Source of the DNA: Candidatus Hydrogenedentota bacterium
GTDB taxonomy: Bacteria; Hydrogenedentota; Hydrogenedentia; Hydrogenedentales; SLHB01
Assembly: GCA_045863295.1 (NCBI GenBank)
Contig: BTWA01000051.1
Span: forward strand, 1-32,257
DNA: 32,257 nucleotides
Reading direction: 5' to 3'
In this document: positions 10,146 through 16,343 of the stretch, piece by piece
Position numbering within the stretch: the stretch's first letter is position 1
How the letters are laid out: each line of letters opens with the position of its first letter
Program-made: the position numbers and the translations under genes
Notes under the pieces: generated by a model
The model's input: only the letters and a program-made list of their open reading frames with translations
Database searches by the model: none
Told to the model about the DNA's origin: nothing

Positions 10146-11045
10146 ATGAGCACGTTTAACCGTTTGATAACTCATCCTCGGACGTATGCCGTGCTGTTGC
10201 TGGTGATTGGCGCCAGCGTGATTGGCGGCGCCGATCGGTTGGAATCGGTGTCCGGGTACACGGCGCTGAATGACTATGCGGAGTCGCTGGTTGACGACGC
10301 GCTGACGAAGAACTTCACCATTTTTGCAGGGCTTTCCGCGATCAAGGGTGCGGTTGCCCTGATCGAGGGCAGCAGCGTCGGCGTCGGTTTTCAGTTGGAA
10401 TTAGGCGACCTCATTCAGCCGGCTTACGACTATATCGATTTTGTCTGGCAGATGTTCTTGTACGCTTTCATGCTTTTGGGTTTTTACAAGATCCTTCTGG
10501 AAGCGGAATTGCTGAATGCGGGGATCTATTTGATCGGTGCGGGGCTGATCGTGTGGTCGTTGGCCGTGTGGCAAAAGTCGTGGCGGGCCAAGCTCAATCC
10601 CTGGGCGAGGCGGCTGGTTCTGGTGGGAGCAATCTTTTCTCTTGTCCTTCCGCTTTCACTAGTCGTCACTCACCATGTCAGCACTTATTATCTCACGGGC
10701 ATCAAAGAGAAGAACATGGCACGGATGACGCAGGCGCAACTTGAATTCGGGTTGATTAAGCTCGAGTTCATGGAATTGAGGGAGAAGATCTCGATCTACA
10801 GTCCCAGTGAAAGCATGACCGAGATTAGGAACAAGCTGGTGGAATTGGCCGGAAGGGTGAGCGATTCGGCTTCGCAGACCTTGTTTGCGTTCTTGTATTA
10901 CACCGTGATTCTTTTGTGCGAACTCCTTGTGCTGCCGTTTGTGACGGCATATCTATTGTCCAAGATACTTTCGTACGCGATAGGCAGCTTACAGCCCGTT
11001 GCGGCAGGGGTTCCTCCTGCCAGTTCCGAGCCTGTCCCGGCGTAG
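10146..11045 (+). CDS. Hypothetical membrane protein
   Basis: Several hydrophobic helices, LGDLIQPAYD motif and a coiled-coil-like segment; GGAG RBS. Confidence 0.7.
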   Translation: MSTFNRLITHPRTYAVLLLVIGASVIGGADRLESVSGYTALNDYAESLVDDALTKNFTIFAGLSAIKGAVALIEGSSVGVGFQLELGDLIQPAYDYIDFVWQMFLYAFMLLGFYKILLEAELLNAGIYLIGAGLIVWSLAVWQKSWRAKLNPWARRLVLVGAIFSLVLPLSLVVTHHVSTYYLTGIKEKNMARMTQAQLEFGLIKLEFMELREKISIYSPSESMTEIRNKLVELAGRVSDSASQTLFAFLYYTVILLCELLVLPFVTAYLLSKILSYAIGSLQPVAAGVPPASSEPVPA

Positions 11046-11082
11046 GTAGACCCAGGGCTGTCTCACACCTGGAACACAAAAT

Positions 11083-11116
11083 AGCCTGCCGGGAGGTGGG
11101 TTCCTCCCGGCAGGCT
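11083..11116 (-). terminator. Rho-independent terminator between convergent genes
   Basis: 14-bp perfect stem AGCCTGCCGGGAGG/CCTCCCGGCAGGCT with a 6-nt loop, followed on the minus strand by ATTTTGTGTT. Confidence 0.8.
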
Positions 11117-11144
11117 TGATGGTAACCTGAATGCGCGGTCTGGA

Positions 11145-11510
11145 CTAGTACCGGCCGCGTCCGCCGCCGCCGCCGCCGTATCCGCCGCCGCCGCCGCTGC
11201 GACCACCGCCGCCGCCGCCCCGACCGCCAAATCCGCCGCCGCCGCCCCGTCCGCCGCGATCTTCGCGTGCGCGAGCTTCATTCACGGTCAAAGCCCGGCC
11301 GCCCATATCTTTGCCGTTGAGGGCATTGATGGCGGACTCGGCTTCGGAGTCGCTTCCCATTTCCACGAATCCGAACCCCTTGGAGCGGCCTGTTTCACGA
11401 TCCACGATCACTTGGGCAGAAAGGACGCTGCCGTGGTCTGCAAACAACTGCTCCAAGTCGGTATTGCTGACCGAATAGGGCAGATTGCCTACATACAACT
11501 TCTTGCTCAT
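11145..11510 (-). CDS. RRM (RNP-1) RNA-binding protein with glycine-rich RGG tail
   Basis: RNP2 LYVGNL, RNP1 KGFGFVEM, GRALTVNEAR, Gly/Arg tail; start trimmed to MSKKLYVGNL. Confidence 0.95.
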   Translation of the reverse strand: MSKKLYVGNLPYSVSNTDLEQLFADHGSVLSAQVIVDRETGRSKGFGFVEMGSDSEAESAINALNGKDMGGRALTVNEARAREDRGGRGGGGGFGGRGGGGGGRSGGGGGYGGGGGGRGRY

Positions 11511-11629
11511 CGATACACTCCCGATTAAGGGTTGCGAGGTGGCGTCCGCCCTGGACCGAATCTTCCTGACGGCCGGTAACCTCATGGGTTAACGGCTCCT
11601 TTCCATTCACCGTGGAAAAAGCCGAGGCT

Positions 11630-11658
11630 ATACTAGTCTAAAGTGTTGAAAATCGCAA
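11630..11658 (-). promoter_or_regulatory. Candidate sigma70 promoter of the RRM gene
   Basis: Minus strand TTGCGA-N17-TAGTAT, implying a ~110-nt 5' UTR. Confidence 0.4.
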
Positions 11659-11673
11659 GAGTACAGATTAGGG

Positions 11674-11692
11674 GGTAGTGTCCTAATTTGAA
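11674..11692. repeat. Terminal inverted repeat downstream of the transposase; contains its stop codon
   Basis: GGTAGTGTCCTAATTTGAA is the exact reverse complement of 14395-14413; preceded by the target duplication GATTAGGG. Confidence 0.95.
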
Positions 11693-12507
11693 GTCCACTC
11701 CACCAAATCACGGACCGTCCACAATTCCTTACTGACTCCCGCAGCCATGGCCGGGGTAACACGTAGCGTCTTGTGGATGCGCACGAAATTGTAATGCGCG
11801 AAGTGTAGACCTACCGCAGCTTGCAGGTTTTCAAGCTTCTTGCTGAAAGCGTTCGTAAGCCGCGTGAAGCGCCGCATACTCATACGCATGGTCAGATTTT
11901 GGCGCTCCACAAACGAGGTGGACACCTTGGCCATATCGGGGTTGCCGGATACCACGGACCGTTCCGCATCAATGACGCGGGGTGGGCTGTAGCGTCCGGG
12001 GCCAACCGGGGTGGCTTCGTATACTTTAACCACTTTCCCGTAGTCCACATTCGCGCCAAAGGCCGATTCTACGGCATCCACGTAAGCCGGTAGCGCGTCA
12101 GAGGACAATTGAACGCGGTTAGTAAGGCGGCCCGACAAATCGCGTACAAAGGCATAGGCGTCAGCCGAGGTCCGTTGTCCAACACGGTAGCACGGAACAA
12201 CCTTTGTATCGGCATCCAAGGCCACCCACGTCCAAACATCCCCGGTACGGGTTGCGTCGTCCTCGGGCGTAAGGTGCCGTTGCTTCTTGCCAACGTAAGC
12301 CCAAATCTCATCCATCTGGATATTCTTGCAAGGCAAATCGCGCATGGATACGTCCATGAGTTGTTCGCACCCGTTACCAATACGGACCATGAGCCGCATA
12401 ATAGTATCCCGATGAACGCCCGTCATGCGCTCAGTAGAACGGATGGAATTCCCTTCTACCAAAGCACTTACGATTTGCGTTTGCTTATCCACCGATAGCT
12501 TGTTCAT
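11683..12507 (-). CDS. IS1-family DDE transposase (single ORF, N-terminal HTH)
   Basis: HTH EGNSIRSTERMTGVHRDTI; catalytic QMDEIWAYVGKK, LSSDAL, STSFVERQNLTMR; RRFTRLTNAFSKK, HYNF.R.H..L..TPAMAAG. Confidence 0.93.
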   Translation of the reverse strand: MNKLSVDKQTQIVSALVEGNSIRSTERMTGVHRDTIMRLMVRIGNGCEQLMDVSMRDLPCKNIQMDEIWAYVGKKQRHLTPEDDATRTGDVWTWVALDADTKVVPCYRVGQRTSADAYAFVRDLSGRLTNRVQLSSDALPAYVDAVESAFGANVDYGKVVKVYEATPVGPGRYSPPRVIDAERSVVSGNPDMAKVSTSFVERQNLTMRMSMRRFTRLTNAFSKKLENLQAAVGLHFAHYNFVRIHKTLRVTPAMAAGVSKELWTVRDLVEWTSN

Positions 12508-12518
12508 AAAAAATACCC

Positions 12519-12579
12519 TTCCATATTCGAATGGCTTATGGTATAATAATTCGAAACAAAAGGCAACGCATTTTTCGAA
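12519..12579 (+). promoter_or_regulatory. Cargo promoter (TTCCAT-N17-TATAAT, extended -10) with three TTCGAA boxes
   Basis: -35 at 12519-12524, TGgTATAAT with -10 at 12542-12547; TTCGAA at 12526, 12550 and 12574. Confidence 0.55.
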
Positions 12580-12587
12580 AGGCTTTT

Positions 12588-14003
12588 ATGTCTATACAAA
12601 TACACGACTTAGAAATTTCACAGGCCATGGCAATACTCAAGTCCGAAGAAGGCCAGTTCTGTGATGTCAAGGCTTTAGATATTTCACCGGCTAAATTAAC
12701 CAAGACTATTTCTGCCTTCGCAAATTCAGACGGCGGAGACGTTTATATTGGAATAGACGAAAATGGGTTCCCAAAGGTCAGGGCATGGAGAGGTTTTCTA
12801 GATCCAGAAAAAGCTAACGGACACCTACAAATTTTCGAAGAGCTTTTTCCGCTCGGTAGCGATTTTCAATATGAATTTCTTCGAACTGAGGCTTGGCCTG
12901 GATTGGTCCTTCATGTTCAAGTTAACAAAACTAGATCGATTGTACGCGCATCTAACTCCTTCCCCTATATTAGACGCGGTGCTCAATCAATCCCGATACA
13001 GTCACCTGATGAGTTTAGGCGTCTCGAATACGCGAAGGGGATATCTTCGTTCGAAGATGAAAATACGCAGTCCGAGATTGAAGTTATTACTGAATCTGAG
13101 GTAACCAAGCGATTTATCGAGCATGTTATCCCAAGCGCCGAGGCGGCAGTGTGGCTCAAAAAACAGGCTCTTATACGACAAGGTAAACCAACCGTTGCAG
13201 GAGTATTGGTCTTTTCAGATGAGCCGCAAGCGCAACTACCAAAACGTTGCGGAATTAAACTGTATCGCTACAGAACAAGCGAGGCAGAGGGTTTTCGCGA
13301 AGTGCTGGAGTTTACTCCAGAAACCATCGAGGGTTGCCTATACGATCAGATTAAGCAAACTGTTCAACAGACCATCGACAGGATAGAGAGCATACAAAAA
13401 ATGGGCGAAAAGGGGCTGGAGCCAATTAAATATCCGCCCGAAACTCTACATGAAATTATCACGAACGCCGTTTTGCATCGAGACTATAGCGTAGCGGACG
13501 ATGTTCATATTCGAATATTCGACAATAGGGTTGAGGTTCAAAGTCCAGGCTCGCTTCCAGCGCATGTGACAATTGACAACATCCTTAATGAACGATTTGC
13601 CCGAAATGGAGCGATCGTTCGAATTTTAAATAAGTTTCCCGACCCGCCTAATAAGGACATAGGCGAGGGGCTGAACACAGCATTTAGCGCAATGCACTCG
13701 CTTGGATTACGCGAACCCGTAATTAAACAAAAGGAAAACAGCGTTCTAGTTATTATACGCCACGAGCAATTAGCTACACCTGAAGAGACTATTATGGATT
13801 ATTTGGGGAAAAACGACACAATAAACAACAAGAAAGCGAGAGAAATTACTCACATTAGGGCCGATTATCAAGTAAAAAACATCTTTGGACGCATGGTTGC
13901 TACGGGTATGATTGAGCAGGTGCCAGGAACGCGAACAGGTAGCACCAAGTATCGCAAGAAAACGCACCCAGGGTTTGAACAAATGGACTTACTCAATGGT
14001 TGA
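12588..14003 (+). CDS. Schlafen/AlbA_2 domain + HATPase_c_4 (RecG C-terminal-like) + winged-HTH protein (IS cargo)
   Basis: N-terminal EEGQFCDVKA...KTISAFANSDGGDVYIGIDE; YIRRGA; YPPETLHEIITNAVLHRDYS...IFDNRVEVQSPGSLP...RNGAI...DIGEGL; C-terminal wHTH ending in GTRTGSTKY. Confidence 0.88.
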   Translation: MSIQIHDLEISQAMAILKSEEGQFCDVKALDISPAKLTKTISAFANSDGGDVYIGIDENGFPKVRAWRGFLDPEKANGHLQIFEELFPLGSDFQYEFLRTEAWPGLVLHVQVNKTRSIVRASNSFPYIRRGAQSIPIQSPDEFRRLEYAKGISSFEDENTQSEIEVITESEVTKRFIEHVIPSAEAAVWLKKQALIRQGKPTVAGVLVFSDEPQAQLPKRCGIKLYRYRTSEAEGFREVLEFTPETIEGCLYDQIKQTVQQTIDRIESIQKMGEKGLEPIKYPPETLHEIITNAVLHRDYSVADDVHIRIFDNRVEVQSPGSLPAHVTIDNILNERFARNGAIVRILNKFPDPPNKDIGEGLNTAFSAMHSLGLREPVIKQKENSVLVIIRHEQLATPEETIMDYLGKNDTINNKKAREITHIRADYQVKNIFGRMVATGMIEQVPGTRTGSTKYRKKTHPGFEQMDLLNG

Positions 14004-14286
14004 AGTAACCCCCGATCAACTCCAAACCGCCATAGAAGGCACCCATGTGTGCCGTGCGTCCAATCCACGGGCCGAACGGGTCACAGAGACGTTTCGGGGC
14101 CAGACCGTATGGGATGGGGTAGTCCACACGTTTGACGTAGATCACCCGGACGCCAAGGTGTGCTATGCGTGGTCAGCGGCCATGGATGGCACCGAAAATA
14201 GGAAGTTCTACGCGGTACTCGGGATACCGCCAATCAATTCGGCAAGGGATGCGGTACGGGCGGCTATTGTGGCAGAGAATAGATAG
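13996..14286 (+). CDS. Small hypothetical protein (96 aa), IS cargo
   Basis: ATG overlaps the end of the upstream gene (coupling); globular-looking sequence ETFRGQTVWDGVVHTFD..HP.A..CYAWS...FYAVL..PPINSARDAVRAAIV. Confidence 0.7.
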   Translation: MVEVTPDQLQTAIEGTHVCRASNPRAERVTETFRGQTVWDGVVHTFDVDHPDAKVCYAWSAAMDGTENRKFYAVLGIPPINSARDAVRAAIVAENR

Positions 14287-14394
14287 GAATTCGGCAAGAG
14301 GGCGACTCCCGGACGACCCCAATGCGGCGACACCTGCCTCAACGATTCCGGGCTCTCGGCAAGCGCCATTCCACAACCATTCTACCACACCCAA

Positions 14395-14413
14395 TTCAAA
14401 TTAGGACACTACC
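14395..14413. repeat. Terminal inverted repeat upstream of the transposase
   Basis: TTCAAATTAGGACACTACC followed by the target duplication GATTAGGG. Confidence 0.95.
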
Positions 14414-14538
14414 GATTAGGGGCAAAAAAACGAGTAATTCGGGCCTTGACAGCCTTCAATACGTCACCCGAAAGCCGGCCTGCTGGCATACCCCATTCTT
14501 GCGGGTTGCGGAAGGCATCTGCACTCCGATGGTGGCAG

Positions 14539-15954
14539 CTATTCCCCTACCAGTTCTTCCAATTCTTCCCGCGAAACGGTGAACAGGTCCATGTCCTTGG
14601 TCACGACGCCGAGGTTCACGAGGCATTCGGTGAAGAGTTCTCGGGTTTTCAGTTCCAGTTCCTGGGAGCCGAGGTCGGTCATACAGCGGAGAATGTGCTG
14701 GCCTTTTTTAACGTGGGTGCGTTCGTCCGAGCGAATAAAGTCGGCCGTGTGGGCCAGGAGCCAATCCTGTTGTTCACGGGCTTTATCGATGAGGCTGTTG
14801 ATGGTTTTTAACACGCCAACTTCGCCGAAGAGATTGATTTCGGCCATGGCGAAGGCGGGTTCCATGGGACCTCGGCAGGTGGAGCCTGTGAGGCGGTTGG
14901 GCAATTCGTACGGGTCGTAGCCGAGTGCCATGAGGGTGTTGTGGCCGATTTCGGTGTGGCGTGCCTCATCCCATGTGATGCGGGCGAGGTCGTATTCGGC
15001 TTGGAAGTCGACGAAACGAATGTCCCAGAGAAACGTGCCAAAGGCTTCGATGGCGTCTACTTCATCTCGTTGTGTGCGAATGAATCGCAGGCGCAGGTTC
15101 TCATAACTCTCGCGATCGGGGAAGCGGGGCGTGCCGTCGGCCACGTCGTAGTCACCGGTGTGGTGGAATGTCGTGAACCGGTTGTCGCGCATGGGGACCG
15201 TGCAACGCTCGAAGGGTTTTTCTTTGCAGCGCATGGGCGAGGGTTGAGGTACGCGGTTGTCGCGGCCGCTGACGCCTCCGATGCTCTGCAAGACGCGCTG
15301 CAAATGCCAGCGCCAGCGTGTCAGGCGGCTTTCGTCGATGCCTCCGTCCACGTAGGCGGCAATGGCTTCGTCGGCCCATTGAAGCATGGGTTCGTAGTCG
15401 GTGAGGATGCGTTTGAACATGCGGATGCTGGGTGCGTCGGTGATGGGGTCGGTTTTGTCGATGTGGTGTTTGTATTCCAGCGCGATGGCCCGTCCGGCCA
15501 CTTGATGCAGGCCGACGAGGAGTTCGGGTGCGTCCGCCGCGGAAAGCATTTCCTCGATGAAGAGGTCGATTTCTTCGTTGCGGTACCCGTCAATGACACC
15601 GATTCCGCGTTCCTGTTCCGTGAGGCGCTCGCGAATGGTTCGGGCGGCATCTGCGTGATAAAAGATGTGTCGCCCGCATTCGATTTTTACTTCCATTTCA
15701 GGAATTGCGAGAGTCCATGCGCCGATGGCGTCGGCGAGGCGGCGTTCGAAGTAGAAATACCGTAGAAACCGCTCCGAATTGTCCTTCACGGCAAAGGCGC
15801 CACCAAGGCTACGGCGTTCGCGGGGGAACTTGTAGGGGAAGGCCTTACGTCTTTCCGCCGCTTCGTTTCGTTCGTTTTCACGCGTGACGGCCGGGAAGGG
15901 TCCGCAAGCGAGATTGGAATCATGAGGTGTAGAAGATCCGTTACCGTGTGCCAT
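14539..15954 (-). CDS. Tandem ferritin-like (DUF455-like) diiron protein
   Basis: C-terminal domain has the E/ExxH/E/ExxH pattern (DEVDAIE, WDEARH, GEVG, SDERTH); N-terminal helical domain resembles a degenerate ferritin-like fold; AAGGGAG RBS. Confidence 0.7.
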   Translation of the reverse strand: MAHGNGSSTPHDSNLACGPFPAVTRENERNEAAERRKAFPYKFPRERRSLGGAFAVKDNSERFLRYFYFERRLADAIGAWTLAIPEMEVKIECGRHIFYHADAARTIRERLTEQERGIGVIDGYRNEEIDLFIEEMLSAADAPELLVGLHQVAGRAIALEYKHHIDKTDPITDAPSIRMFKRILTDYEPMLQWADEAIAAYVDGGIDESRLTRWRWHLQRVLQSIGGVSGRDNRVPQPSPMRCKEKPFERCTVPMRDNRFTTFHHTGDYDVADGTPRFPDRESYENLRLRFIRTQRDEVDAIEAFGTFLWDIRFVDFQAEYDLARITWDEARHTEIGHNTLMALGYDPYELPNRLTGSTCRGPMEPAFAMAEINLFGEVGVLKTINSLIDKAREQQDWLLAHTADFIRSDERTHVKKGQHILRCMTDLGSQELELKTRELFTECLVNLGVVTKDMDLFTVSREELEELVGE

Positions 15955-16028
15955 GGCGCATTGTGCTCCCTTGTCTGTGCCAATTTGGTGCGCATTGCTG
16001 CGTTGCGCGCCTGCCCTTGCAGGTAGCG

Positions 16029-16058
16029 ATTATATAGGAGGTTAAACGGGCCTGGCGA
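16029..16058 (-). promoter_or_regulatory. Candidate sigma70 promoter for the ferritin-like gene
   Basis: Minus strand TCGCCA-N18-TATAAT. Confidence 0.35.
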
Positions 16059-16343
16059 AAACTATTTTTTGGAGCCCTAAAGCGATATTTTTCTGTTGAG
16101 ATAGGATGCCCTTGTTTGCTAGCTTGAGCGCGCCTGGGAATAAAGGAGACAGTACCTGACCCCATCTCTTTCTTACTCATGTAGTGCAGGTTTACTCGCC
16201 TATTTTGGCGCACTTGTTATGTTGCGCGCCATTGAATCGTATCCATCTAAATTCCAATTGCGCCCGTCCGCAATTCCGGGCGACGTTTTGTCGTGCACAG
16301 CCGTGCGGATGGTGATCACGGCATACCCCTGTTGGGGAAGGGT

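Larger units (their letters stand above)
11674..14413 (-). mobile_element. IS1-family element with passenger genes (2,740 bp)
   Basis: Perfect 19-bp inverted repeats GGTAGTGTCCTAATTTGAA (11674-11692) and TTCAAATTAGGACACTACC (14395-14413). 8-bp direct repeats GATTAGGG at 11666-11673 and 14414-14421. Contains a DDE transposase and two cargo ORFs. Confidence 0.93.

Noticed and set aside
9251..10153. 300-aa minus-strand ORF
   Set aside because: Antisense to the well-supported EEP gene.
11150..11260. (GCC)n tandem repeats resembling a microsatellite
   Set aside because: They are Gly codons of the RRM protein's glycine-rich tail.
11683..12507. Programmed frameshift as in classical IS1 insA/insB
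   Set aside because: HTH and DDE motifs are in one continuous reading frame.
14165..14404. 79-aa plus ORF and the opposite 73-aa ORF (14173-14394) at the IS end
   Set aside because: They overlap the better-supported 96-aa cargo ORF, lack clear RBSs and show no recognisable family.
14941..15765. 274-aa plus-strand ORF
   Set aside because: Antisense shadow of the ferritin-like gene.
16205..16226. Possible sigma54 promoter TTGGCGCACTTGTTATGTTGC
   Set aside because: GG-to-GC spacing does not fit the -24/-12 (GG-N10-GC) rule.
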